Part shown: positions 1-24,525 of the stretch, in pieces
How the letters are laid out: each line of letters begins with the position of its first letter
How positions within the stretch are numbered: the first letter of the stretch is position 1
DNA from: the human T2T-CHM13v2.0 reference genome, Homo sapiens
Strand: one strand, 5' to 3'
DNA length: 64,000 nt
Assembly: GCF_009914755.1 (NCBI RefSeq)
Contig: NC_060925.1
Made by a program: the position numbers and the translations under genes
The notes under the pieces: generated by a model
What the model was told of the DNA's origin: nothing
Seen by the model: the letters and a program-made list of their open reading frames with translations, nothing else
Databases searched by the model: none

Positions 1-1379
1 CCCCCACAGTGGTTGAGAGAACAGCAGCATAAGCAGCTGGCAGAGGCAAGGAAAGACCAGCAGAGAGAGAGAAAGGAAAGAGACAGAGACATTAACCACT
101 GAAAATACCCTTAACCCAGCAGGTTTCCTAACGGGATCTAAATCTTAATTACCATACCAAGGTTGACCAGACCTAGTAGGAACTCCCTGTAGGATAGGAC
201 AATAGATGGTTCCTCCCAGGTAATTGAAGGAAAAAAAAAGAAAAAAGCCATCTATACCAATTATAAGTTAATTTGGACTAAACAAGGTCTTATTAATAGC
301 AAAGAATAATTGAAATCCCAAACTTACAAGGTTTTCAACAAAAGTAAAGTTTGCTAAATGTAAACAGTGTAACATGTATTATACTAACTTCTAATCTTGT
401 GTCCTTAGACAGTCTAGTCCACAGATATAAAGGAAGCTTGCTTTGGAAAAGAATGGTTATCGTCTTCAAAAAAAAGGGGGGAAAAAAGAAGGGGCAGAAT
501 TTATCTAAAAAAAAAAATGTTATATGGTAAATTCTTGTCCTAAAATAAATTAACTGGTTGTTTAAAGAAAGAAATGTTTGTAATAAGTCAGAAAGTTGAG
601 GCATGTCGAAGAATTGTCTGCAAAAGTCATGAAAAAAAGTTATAAAAAAAGAATTTATGCAAGAAATGTTGTACAATTTAAAAGTAATTAGGCCTCCTGA
701 ATGTAAAACTATTGGAGAAAAAGTTTATGTGCAAGGTGTATAAGAAAAGTAAACTATACCTCTGGTAAAAGGATTAAAAGGAAGCATAAGGATGTGGATT
801 TTTACCTACATTAAAAGGTTTAAAAAAATTTGCTTTGAAGGTTTAAGCAAGTTTTAAAATGTTAATTGTAAAGGAAATTCTGTGTGTAAACATATTGGCT
901 AAAGTTAAAGGGGTATCATTTTTTTTCTGTGAACTGAACATTAAAAAAAAACACAACGGGTTTTTCTTAAAGTGCTAACCTGCTCTTTAACAAAAATTAT
1001 AAAAGGTTAAAAAGAGTCTATAAAAATCTTACCTTATGGTCTGACATTAAAAATTGAATAAATATGTCTACAAAGAAAACAAAGTTTAACATTAATAACA
1101 CACTCAAATAAAGGTGACATTTAGCTTATCTGGTATAAACATACAGGAAGCGTTGTCAAATATAAAATGGTGTTTAGCTTTCTTTGGTCTAAAAACAAAT
1201 AAAAATAGGTGAAAACAAATAAAAATAGGTGCTAAAGGAAATTTCTCAGTAAAAAGGCACCAAGGACTATAAAGTCCACTGCTGATGTCCCCACATTTAA
1301 AACAAAAGGTCAATTTCTTAAAAATTATATACTTGGTTTAGCACATGTACCACCCCTAGAATTTCCAGTAAAACAGCAC

Positions 1380-1600
1380 CAGCCTGAAGATCATGTTCTT
1401 ACCAAAGGGTGGAAAGAAGGAAAACTCGAGTCAGCCTGGGAATGACCCTATCTTGTGCTGTTAACCACCAAGACTACTGTTCATACAGCGGAAAGGGGAT
1501 GGACTCATCACACCTGAGTCAAGAAAGTGCCACCCCTCCAGAGTCATGGGCCAGAGTCCCAGGGGAAAACCCTACCAAACTAAAGCTAAGAAAAATTTAA
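1380..1600 (+). pseudogene. ERV pol integrase C-terminal remnant (HERV-I-like)
   Basis: Disrupted frames ending PPESWARVPGENPTKLKLRKI*, with a degenerate GPY-type segment upstream. Confidence 0.65.
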
Positions 1601-2785
1601 CTTCTTCATCTATTCTATTACTCTTTCTTCTTTCCTCTCTCTATTGCTGACCATCTAGTTATTAACATAACCAAGTCAATTTCATCTCAAACTATTGCAT
1701 TTAATGCTTGCCTTGTTACACCCTGTGGGGACTTGCCAAGTCAAAGACAGCTCTCTACTTCAGAAAAGTACCTCTGTCCCTCCTGACTCTCCTCAGACTG
1801 GGCATTAATAAATTGGGACCATTTAATCCAGGGAGATTTCGATAAAGACCCCAGTGACAACCAGGAGTCTTGCCCCCCAATTTAGAGCTTTTATGCCGTA
1901 GTTGGTCCAACGTTCTGTGGACCACTAAACAGCAAGGATGGACTGCCCCAACCAGTTTTTGTAATTTCCTAAAACCATACATTCATTTTACTAGAGGATC
2001 ATAGAAGTTAAAGACTTAAAATGAACTTTGGCAATTAAGACAGGATATCAAGATGCAAATGCCTGGTTGGAATGGATCAAATATTCTGTCCACACATTAA
2101 ACAAAAGTGATTGTTATGCTTGTGCATGTGGCAGGCCAGAGGCCCTGATTGTCCGCTTTCCACTAAGGTGGTCCTCCAGTAGACCAGGCATGGGCTGCAT
2201 GGTAGCTCTTTTCCAGGATTCTACAGCCTGGAGTAATAAGTCATGCCAAGCTCTCTCTGCTATATCCTGAAGTCCGGCACCCTGTGGGTCAGCCACCAAG
2301 GGCCATCCAGCTTCCCTCTCCCAAAACTAAGTTCGCTTCATGTCTCTCATGACAGGGAGGAAACTTAGTGTTCCTTGGAGACCTGAAGGGATGCAGTGAG
2401 CTTAAGAATTTTCAAGAGCTTATGTATCAATCAGCCCTTGTTCATCCCCAAGCGGATGTGTGGTGGTATTGTGGTGGACCTTTACTAGGCACTCTGCCAA
2501 ATAACTGGAGTGGCACTTATGCTTTAGTCCAGTTGGCTATCCCTTTCACCCTGGCATTTCATCAACCAGAGGGAGGAAAAATAAGACATCATAAAGTGAG
2601 AGAAGCCCCTTATGGGTCTTTCTACTCTCACATCTATTAAGACTCAATTGGAGTCCCATGGGGAATACCAGAACAATTTAAAGCCCAAAATCAAATAGCT
2701 GCAGGATTTGAGTCAATATTTTGGTGAGTGACAGTTAATAAAAATGTAGATTAGATAAACTACATCTATTATAACCAACAGCGAC
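1600..2785 (+). pseudogene. HERV-I-like env remnant (SU and start of TM), disrupted
   Basis: ORF pieces GYQDANAWLEWIKYSVHTLNKSDCYAC and DVWWYCGGPLLGTLPNNWSGT; GVPWGIPEQFKAQNQIAAGFESIFW*...INYIYYNQQR is typical of HERV-I class env; several stops and frameshifts. Confidence 0.75.
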
Positions 2786-3350
2786 GATATTTTCATGAGT
2801 TAAAAGAAAAACGCATGTCGGCCCCAGCCCTGGGGCTACCTGACCTGACAAAACCTTTTACACAATATGTATTAGAGAGAGAGGAAAAAAAATGGCGGTT
2901 AGAGTTTTGACCCAGACTGTGGGGCCCTGGCCGAGACCGGTGGCCTACATCTCTAAACAACTAGAAGGGGTTTCTAAGAGTTGGCCCCCATGTTTGAGGG
3001 CCTTGGCAGCAACACCCCTGCTAGCACAAGAAGTGGATAAGCTAACTCTTAGGCAAAACCTAAACATAAAGTCTCCCCCATGCTTTAATAAATACCAAAA
3101 GACATCATTGGCTAACGAATGCTAGACTAACTAGATACCAAAGCTTGCTCTGTGAAAATTCCCGCATAATCATTGAAGTTTGCAACACCCTGAACCCCGC
3201 CACCTTGCTCCCGGTATCAGAGAGCCCAGTTGAACATAACTGTGTAAAAGGTGTTGGACTCAGTTTATTTCTGCAGGCCCAACCTCCGAGACCATCCTTG
3301 AACATCAGTAGACTGGGAGCTGTATGTGGACAGGAGCAGCTTCGCCAACC
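2786..3350 (+). pseudogene. Gammaretroviral (HERV-E-like) pol remnant, RT connection/tether to RNase H start
   Basis: SAPALGLPDLTKPF; VLTQTVGPWPRPVAYISKQLEGVSKSWPPCLRALAA; CNTLNPATLLP; frameshifted. Confidence 0.8.
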
Positions 3351-3431
3351 CTCGCAAAGTGACTCTGAAGAAGACCACAAGCCCTGCTCCAGTCACACCC
3401 AGAAGCTGACTGGTCCACGCATGGCCGAAGC

Positions 3432-4790
3432 ATGAGGAAACTCATCGCAGGACTCATTTTCCTTAAAATTTGGACTTGTACAGTAAGGACTTCGACTGGC
3501 CTTCCTCAGACTGAGCACTGTTCCCAGTATATACATCAAGTCACTGAGGTAGGACAAAAGGTTGCTATAGTCCCATTATTTTATGGTTATTATAAGTGTA
3601 CGGGGACTCTAAAAGGAACTGATTTATATAATGCTATACAAGGTATGTAGCCCAGGAACTGACCAGCCTGATGTGTGCTATAATCCATCTGAGCTCCCTA
3701 TGACTACCATTTTTAAAATAAGTTAAAGACTGGCAACTTCTGGGTTCTGAAAAACCTCAATTATTAGACAATACTGTATAGCAAGGGTGAGGACGGACTT
3801 CACCCTTCCTATGGGAAGACTCAGCTGCCTTGGGCAAAAACTGTATAATAGTACTACAAAAACAGCCACTTAGTGGAGTTCAAACCACACTGAAAAAAAT
3901 CTGTTTAGTAAATTTCCAAAGTTGCAAACCATGTGGACCCACCTGGCATCCCACCGGGACTGGACAGCCCCCACTGGATTATACCGGATATGTGGGCATA
4001 GAGCCTATGCCAAGTTACCTGACCAATGGGCAGGTAGTTGTGTTATTGACACCATTAAACCATCCTTTTTCCTACTGCCCATAAAAACAGGTGAGCTCCT
4101 GGGCTTCCCTGTCTATGCTTCCCGAGAAAAAAAAAAGCATAGCTATAGGCAACTGGAAAGATGACAAGTGGCCCCCTGAAAGAATCATACAGTATCATGG
4201 ACCTGCCACTTGGGCACAGGATGGCTTGTGGGGATACCAAACCTCCATTTATATGCTCAACCAAATCATACAGTTACAAACTGCCTTACAAATAATCACT
4301 AATAAAACTGGCAGAGCTCCAACTGTTTTAGCCTGGCAAGAAACCCAGAAGAGAAATGCTATTCATAAAAATAGACTAGCCCTAGACTACTTGCTAGCAG
4401 CTGAAGGAGGGGTCTGTGGAAAGTTTAACCTGACCAATTGCTGTCTGCACATAGATGACCAAGGGCAAGTAGTTGAAGATATAGTTAAAGATATAACAAA
4501 GCTGGCACATGTGCCTGTGCAGGTGTGGCATGGGTTTAATCCTAGGTCCATGTTTGGAAAATGGTTTCCAGCACTAGGAGGATTTAAAACTCCTATATAG
4601 GAATTATAATAGTAACAGGAACCTGCTTGTTGCTTCCCTGTGTGCTGCCTTTGCTCCTTCAAGTAATGAAAAGTTTTGTCACTACCTTAGTCCATCAAAA
4701 TACTTCAGCACAATTGTACTATATGAATCACTATTAATCTATCTTGCAAGAAGACATGGGTAGTGAGGATGAAAGTGAAAACTCCCATTA
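3432..4790 (+). pseudogene. HERV-E-type env, disrupted
   Basis: Signal peptide MRKLIAGLIFLKIWTCTVR; TM with immunosuppressive domain [16 protein letters not shown] followed by a CKS-17-associated cysteine motif ([10 protein letters not shown]); frameshifts at ~3640, ~4130 and ~4595. Confidence 0.88.
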
Positions 4791-4817
4791 ATGAGTGAGG
4801 TTCTCAAAGCGGGGGAA

Positions 4818-5280
4818 TAAGGGAGGAGACCACACCTCACATTGTCTTATGCCCAATTTCTGCCTCCAAAGAAAGGAGAAGTAAAAACTAAAAGGCAGAA
4901 ACGAAATCCACAGGCAGACAGCCCGTTGCCGCACCCTGGGCCTGGTTAAAGATCGACCCCTGACCTAACCGGTTATGTTATCTATAGATTCCAGACATTG
5001 TATGGAAAAGCATTGTGAAAATCCCTGTCCTGTTCTGTTCCATTCTAATTATCGGTGCATGCAACCCCCAGTCCCGTACCCACTGCTTGCTCAATCAATC
5101 ACAACCCTCTCACATGGACCTTCCCCCTTAAAGTTGTAAGCCCTTAAAAAGGACAGGAATTCCTCACTTGGGGAGCTCGGCTTTTGAGACACAAGTCTGC
5201 CAAAGTTCCCAGCTGAATAAAGCTCCTTCCTTCTTTAACCCAGTGTCTGAGGAGTTTTGTCTGCGGCTCATCCTGCTACA
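4818..5280 (+). mobile_element. LTR2 (3' LTR of the Harlequin/HERV-E provirus)
   Basis: Starts TAAGGGAGGAGACCAC directly after the PPT, ends CCTGCTACA; AATAAA at 5216-5221; matches the recalled LTR2 consensus. Confidence 0.92.
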
Positions 5281-5550
5281 AAAGAATCTGGGGGTAGTCC
5301 ACAGAGTATAGTGAAAGCAAGTTTATTAAGAAAGCAAAGGAATGAAAGAATGGCTACTCAATGGGCAGAGCAGGGAGTTCCCAGAAGCAAGAGGAGGAAG
5401 GTGCCCACCTTAGGTCCAATGCTTGTTTATATATGAAATAACAAAGCAAATAATCATGGGGGAGATGTGCTCTACTACGCAGGCTTTTGACAAAGGATTG
5501 TGTAACTACTTTGTATAACTACTGTCTTCCACAAGAACCTATATTATTAT
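5281..5550 (-). mobile_element. MER41-family LTR fragment (host of the provirus insertion)
   Basis: GTGAAAGCAAGTTTATTAAGAAAG...AAAGAATGGCTACTC is the reverse complement of the MER41 3' region. Confidence 0.6.
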
Positions 5551-5554
5551 CTTT

Positions 5555-6094
5555 ATTTATTAATTTTTGAGACGGAGTCTCCCTCTGTTGCCCAGACCGG
5601 ACAGTGCAGTGACATGATCTTGGCCCACTGCAATCTGCAACTCCCAGGTTCAAGTGATTCTCCTGCCTCAGCCTCCCAAGAAGCCAGGATTACAGGCATG
5701 TGCCACCACGCCAGGCTAATTTTTGTACTTTTAGTGGAGACAGGGTTTCACCATGTTAGCCAGGCTGGTTTCAAACTCCTGACCTCAGGTGATGCACCCG
5801 CCTCGGCCTCCCAAAGTGTTGGGATTACAGGCATGAGCCACTGTGCCTGGCCTAATATGGCATTTCTTTTCTTTTTCTTTTTTGAGATGGAGTCTTGCTC
5901 TTGTCGCCCAGACTGGAGTGCAATGGCACGATCTTGGCTCACTGCAACCTCTGCCTCCGGGTTCATGCGATTTTCCTGCCTCAGCCTCCCGAGTAGCTGG
6001 GATTACAGGCACCCACCACCACGCCCGGCTAATTTTTGTATTTTTAATAGAGACAGGGTTTCGCCATGTTGGCCAGGCTGGTCTCGAACTCCTG
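5555..6094 (-). repeat. Two antisense Alus (second is 5'-truncated)
   Basis: Poly-T followed by GAGACGGAGTCT...CCTGGCC, twice. Confidence 0.92.
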
Positions 6095-6099
6095 AGAAG

Positions 6100-6395
6100 C
6101 TGCAGGTGTTAGGAACTTGTTTGTTCACTGTTACTTCTCTCCTATCCAGAAGTGAGGCATATAGAACTTGTTCCAAAAAATAGTTTGGATGAATGAATGA
6201 ATAAAAGGTTAATCCTATATCTATTGCTTCAATCAGAAAACTTATTTCCTTATAATTTACTGTTGTGTCTTTCCTTACTAGAAGGTAAAATCTATGAAAT
6301 ACAGACAGCTGGGTTTTGCTCCTTGCTGAATCCTCAATGCCTAGAACAGTGCTTAGCACTGGCACATGCTGTCATAATATCCACTGAATGACTAT
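6100..6395 (+). repeat. L2 3'-end remnants
   Basis: GATGAATGAATGAAT terminus and CCTAGAACAGTGCTTAGCAC motif. Confidence 0.6.
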
Positions 6396-7021
6396 GTGGA
6401 AAGGTAGGCTTTCTCTTTTGGCCAACATCAGCATCTTTTTTGTGACATCAATGTATTTCAGATGTTTAGCTCAGTAAGATAATGGTTGAGAATAACCACA
6501 ATACTGTGAGTGGCTGACAGCTGAACACTCTGGCTCCCTGAGGTAAATACTCACTTGCAGCTGAATGGTGATCAGAAGGGAACCACAGGAATGCTGTCTC
6601 CAAGAGCACTGCCTGCAAGAAGGAGGCACTGGTGGCCGGCACAGGTGGCCTGTGGATGCTACACTTCACAGCTTTGGTCCAGCACCAGCAAAATAGTGAG
6701 GCAAGACCATTGTGTTCTTGAGTTCCGTGTTATACTCACCTCTCTTTCACCAGAATGCAACTCTTGGAGAAGCAGAAAAAGTAATGTGCTTGTAATAACC
6801 ATTCACGTCTTTATAGGAGTCAAGTGTCTCTAGCTAGAACCCTTTTATTTCACATCTATTCACTTTTCTTCTTTTATTATTAGTGACAAGGTAACAATCA
6901 TATTCACATCAAGGAAAACTAGAATATGGAAAAAAATCATCTCAAGTATGTTTAGAATTTTGTGTGTATTTCCATCGCCCTTTATTTCTGAAAGTATATT
7001 ATATATACAGAATTCACCTAG

Positions 7022-8360
<1,339 letters not shown>

Positions 8361-8514
8361 CTACGATTTTCAACTATATTATTCATTTCACTGTCAGATA
8401 AGCCCGAAAAAGTCACTCAAAGAGTTTGAAAGACAAAAACTCAAGGTACTTAATATCTTTAAGACCTTGTTAAATATCAGGTTTGAAAAACGAAAGTTCA
8501 CAAAATTATACAGA

Positions 8515-9350
<836 letters not shown>

Positions 9351-9354
9351 GAAC

Positions 9355-10805
<1,451 letters not shown>

Positions 10806-10809
10806 CCCC

Positions 10810-12740
<1,931 letters not shown>

Positions 12741-13021
12741 ATACGATTTTTGATCTGTTTTGTGCTGAATACTTCCATAAGCTTCTTGTGTCCTTACTTT
12801 AACATTCCTTCATCATTCATTCAGTGTTCAAATTATTGAAAATGCATTATTGAATGCTTTCTGTCCTTGACTTTTTTCTGGATTTTCTTCCTGTCATGCA
12901 GGCCAATTACTCCTTTCTATTTTGATTCAGTGACTCCATTTCTTCTGCCTCCTCTGTCTTAACAAAGGTTGGCAAGTGACCAAAAACATAACTTGACCTG
13001 ACTTGAATAAAAAGAAAATGT

Positions 13022-13385
13022 AGGCCAGGTACAGTGGCTCATACCTGTAATCCCAGCACTTTAGGAGGCCAAAGCAGGAGAATCATTTGAGACCAGGAGT
13101 TCAAGACCAGCCTGGGCAACACAGTCAGATACTGCTTCTACAAAAAAAAAAAAAAATCAAAAAATTAGCCAGGTATGGTGGCATGCCTGCAGTGCCAGCT
13201 GCTCAGGAGGCTGAGATGGGAGGGTGGCTTAAGCTTAGGAAGTTGAGGTGGGAGGGTGGCTTGAGCTCAGGAAGTTGAGGTGGGAGGGTGGCTTGAGCTC
13301 AGGAAGTTGTGGCTGCAGTAAGCTGTGATCATGCCACAGCATTCCAGCCTGGGCAACAGAGTGAGACCTTGTCTCAAAAGGAAAA
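13022..13385 (+). repeat. AluJ-like element with an internal 32-bp triplication, inserted in an MLT1 remnant
   Basis: Alu consensus; unit GAGGTGGGAGGGTGGCTTGAGCTCAGGAAGTT x3 at 13213-13308; TSD AAAAGAAAATG. Confidence 0.85.
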
Positions 13386-14204
13386 AGAAAATGCTTTTGG
13401 CTCATGTGACTGAGAAATCTAAAGTGGGGTTCTGGTTTTAGGCACAGTTGAATGCAAGAACCAAATAATATTGGTTCTACTTTCTTCTGTGTTGGTTCCG
13501 CTTTCAGACATGCCCTCAATTCACTGGTGCAAGAATTGCTAGTAACTTCAACTTTACACACTCTCCTATAACAATTCTAGCTTCTTTCCAGGCAACAGAA
13601 TTCCAAGAATGAACATGCTGGGAATATAATTAGCTTTGAGTAAGTACTTGGTTCACTCAAGGCTAATCACTGTGTAAGCTTTGATTGGCGGGATCTAATT
13701 TGCATGCTTACTCCTGAAGCCTGGGGTCTAGTGGATAGAATGTAAAGCCAACGTTTTAAAGTGCTACAAAGGGTCTACATAATTTGCCCTGACTTCATCT
13801 CCTACATTTATCCCTCCTGGATCATACTATTCCAACTACAATGGCCTTCTTACTATTGTTAGAGGATGTCAAGTGTGTTCTTTAGGGTTTCTCAACCCTA
13901 AAGGAGTTAGGTGTGCCTGGAGTGTTTGTTTACTCAGGTATCACTTCAAATCAAATGTTTACATTATCAGGGAGGCTTTTCAGGGCCATCCTGGATCAAA
14001 TGTCAACCTCTGACTTCGCACTCCTTACCTTGCTTTATCTTTCTCCCTAGCGCCTATCTAAAAGATTATCTAAATAAGAGTAAACACTCATATAGTGCTT
14101 TCTATGAGGCAGGAATTAGATTAAGCACTTTAGTTGATTAACGAATTTAATACTTTCAACAACCGTATAAAAAAAGTACTATTATTTTTTTTAAGAGTAG
14201 GGGA

Positions 14205-15545
<1,341 letters not shown>

Positions 15546-16046
15546 TCACACATGACCTTCTAAATCAATACTCTACACCCAGATCACATCTGTTTCAGTG
15601 GCATCATTACCATTTATGTGATGATTCGATCACCAGCTCAAATCACTGGCCAAACAAGAAGCTGGGAGCCATCCTTCTCTCATTTGCCTTCATGCCCCAT
15701 ATCTGACCAACATGAATAGCTCTTGAACCTATCCTCCTCTCCACTCTCACAACCACTACACCTGAGATCAGGTCGCCATTTCCTATAGTTTAATGTAACA
15801 GCTTCCTAGTTCATTTCCCTGTCTTCCACCTTTCTGTCTTCCCCTGATTATTTTGATTATTCATCAGAATGAGTAAGATTACGCCATGAAGTTCTTAGAA
15901 ATACAATTTTCCACCCATTGCCACTCACTCATTGATGGAGCAGACAAACAGAGGTAATCAAAAGTCCTTGAGAGAATAAGCATCTTCCATTTCCCCTGCA
16001 AGAGTTATGATCCGTGTAGAAGCCATTTCAAAGTTTCCCCAATCTG

Positions 16047-18000
<1,954 letters not shown>

Positions 18001-18579
18001 ATAGTATTCTATTGTCTTTTAACATAACATCTCAGATTTACATTCAAGAGAACTAAATGTGTGTTAAAGTGACTCCCAAGTCTGTGGTCTTAAACTGTTT
18101 TGTCCCAAAAGAACTTTGGAATATATATATATCCCCTTACACATTGCTTACTAAATGTGCTGTTTAACAGTTGCAAAGATATAATTTCTGGCATATTGTA
18201 TGTTGTGTTATAAGTGCTTTAAATATATCTTCATCAAAACCTTGGTGCTTTGCTCACTTGATTTATGGAAAAGTGCCACTTACTGGCCAGTCTTCAAAAG
18301 GTCTGAACTCATTTGCATTCAAAGCAGTGAGTTGATAAACATTTGTTATAACCATCACTCTTTCAAATTCTAAGCATGATAGAAGGCAGTCACATACATA
18401 AAAGGCAGAAGTTTGATGCTTAGGTGAAATTAGTTTGTCTCCTTCAATATTTTTCTCTCCAGAGCTATCTATTTTCTCCCCAAAGGTTTTGAACTGGAAT
18501 GAGTGAGTTAGCCTTTCTTTTGTACCGAGAGATAAGATTTGTGTAATAGAGTTGGGAAAGAAGTCCTGAAGCACCCATT

Positions 18580-21685
<3,106 letters not shown>

Positions 21686-22299
21686 GGTTCACGTACTACA
21701 AAGCAGAGAACAGGGAGGGGAAGGAATTAGAAGAGAATTTCTATGGGCAGAGCAAAGTCATGGGTCACGGGAATCACGAACTGGGGAAAATTATTTGTCA
21801 GGTTTAATTAAAGGAAGAGGAACAAATAGAGTTTAAAGATTAGAAGGTTACAGGTGGCACCCCACAATCCCCAAAACAAACCCCACCTCGGCTCAGCCCC
21901 AGTCACCTCCCAAGGGGGTATATCTTGCCCAGAGAGCCTGAAGGCAGGGGCATTTGTTTTTACAGCCCAGTCACTATTCTTCCAGACAAAAAAAGCATTT
22001 CCTGTGAGGATGAAGTGATTACCCCAGGTCACCTGGCCACATTCCTCTCCGGGAGCTGGTGGCCACACCACCTGGCCGCCCCTCCACTAGCGCCGCGCTC
22101 CGAGGTCACGCAGCTGCCTGCGAAGCCCTCAGTGAGGCCGCCTCCCACCCCCTGGAGACGTGGTCTCCCCTCCCGCGAGGGTCCCTCCGACCCCACCCGG
22201 GCAACTAGGGCACCGCGGGCTGTTACCCAACTAACCATTAAGCGCGGAGCCGAGCGCGTGCGTGGCACGGAGAGGCGGGGCGGGTCTGGTCTGCGCTCT

Positions 22300-22983
22300 C
22301 GGCACCATGCGGCCCCCAAGACGTAGAGCTTCCCTGCCTCGGTTTGAAGGGACCGCTGGGCTGCCTGATTACGCGCCCCCGGCCGAGCCTGCGCACTGGG
22401 GACGCAGTCGGCCCTCGCGTCCTCTGCTGCCCGAAACAAGCGCGTGGAAAGCTTGGTCGGGGCTTCTCACAGCCGCGCGCACAGACTGGTTCTCCCCCCG
22501 CGTCTCCCGGGAGCGTCGCCGCCACCTGCACGCGTCCGGCACACAAACGTCGGTCTCACCCCTTAGTTTCTGGAAGAGAAAAAGGAAAAGCCACCGAGAG
22601 GCCTGACCCTGAGGGGTCGGGGGGAGATGCGGGCGCGTAGTAGAGGGAAGCGACTGAGGAGCGGGGACTGGGCAGCATTTGAATGGATGCGGGTGCCGCT
22701 GGCACCCGGGAAGACGCCTGGGAGCCGGCGCTGGGGAGCCGGGCATGGGCTGGGATGTGTTTGGATTCCAATCCGGGCCTGACACCAGTTCAGTGACCTC
22801 GGGAAGTTCCCCAACCCTGCGGGCCTGTTTCCTCCCTCTGAAGTGGCGACAGTAATAGAACCGACCTCGTAGGCTCATCGGGAGGTCCTGATGGGAGAAC
22901 CCATGCAACTTGCCACCACAGAGCCAGGCCCGCGGCGACTGGCTCCTGGTGGGTATTAAAGACGAGTCGGGAAAGAAGAGCAG
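22300..22983 (+). ncRNA. Candidate first exon of a + strand (probably non-coding) transcript; TSS not determinable
   Basis: Strong donor CAG|GTAAGA at 22983/22984 at the 3' edge of the island; matching acceptor CTGTCTTCCTCCCTTCCAG| at 23537/23538. Confidence 0.45.
22745..22890 (+). repeat. MIR remnant inside the CpG island
   Basis: TGGATTCCAATCCGGGCCTGACACCAGTTCAGTGACCTCGGGAAGTT...CCTGTTTCCTCCCTCTGAAGTGGCGACAGTAATAGAACCGACCTCGTAGG is colinear with the MIR core. Confidence 0.7.
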
Positions 22984-23551
22984 GTAAGAGGGCGGGGAGA
23001 CTGGCCCAGTGGGTTGGGGTGTGCACCTCGGCCACGTGGAAAAGCGAGAATGCAGGGGCCGGACGCTTATGGACGATGCATATGTGGGGCCGGATAGAAT
23101 TGTGGCAGGCGGCGCTGGGGCTGATGCGCCTCACCCAGATTATCCTCTGTAATCCTCACAGCCCTGTGAAGTGGGCCCTGCCATGAACATTTTGTAAATA
23201 AGGCACCCGAGGCTCAGAGAGGTGAAGTAATTTTCCAGACAGCCCAGCTCGTCAGCGGCCAGCATTTGAAGTCACACTCCAGAGCCTGTTTTTATCATAA
23301 TAGCCGCTGTGACCGCATAACCAACGTGTGTGTTGAAGTGATCAAATAACCATGGGGTGGTCTCTGATGTCCAGGACTTTTGAGAAATACTGAAAAAGTA
23401 TGAGGCAAGGCCCCTGCCTTCAAAGAGCTTTCAAGTTTATGGGAGAGACTGAGTCAGGCGCAAATTAACCAACATCTGTTGAGCACTTACTGCTTGCCAG
23501 GACCCTGCCCTTCTCTCACTGTCTTCCTCCCTTCCAGGACTCACCCCCTCA

Positions 23552-24525
<974 letters not shown>

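Larger units (their letters stand above)
1..4817 (+). mobile_element. Harlequin-type mosaic ERV1 internal region (3' part; 5' end lies outside the window)
   Basis: AT-rich non-coding ERV segment (~240-1350), then degenerate pol and env pieces in non-colinear order, then polypurine tract AAAGCGGGGGAA (4806-4817) abutting an LTR2. This layout matches the known Harlequin mosaic. Confidence 0.85.
22040..23140. promoter_or_regulatory. CpG island / probable promoter
   Basis: ~1.1 kb GC-rich, CpG-dense, largely non-repeat stretch in an otherwise CpG-depleted background; GC box GAGGCGGGGCGGG (~22272-22284); NRF1-like GCGCGTGCG (~22254-22262). Confidence 0.88.

Noticed and set aside
1190-1231. Short direct duplications (also ~20919-20941, 38840-38877, 43220-43283, 45924-45957)
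   Set aside because: Ordinary slippage duplications, mostly inside decayed repeats.
18263-18574. 103-aa minus-strand ORF in unique AT-rich DNA
   Set aside because: Non-ATG start in this frame, no recognisable homology and no convincing flanking splice sites.
22040-23140. Assigning a gene symbol or chromosome to the promoter
   Set aside because: I do not recognise the sequence with certainty; it needs a genome alignment.
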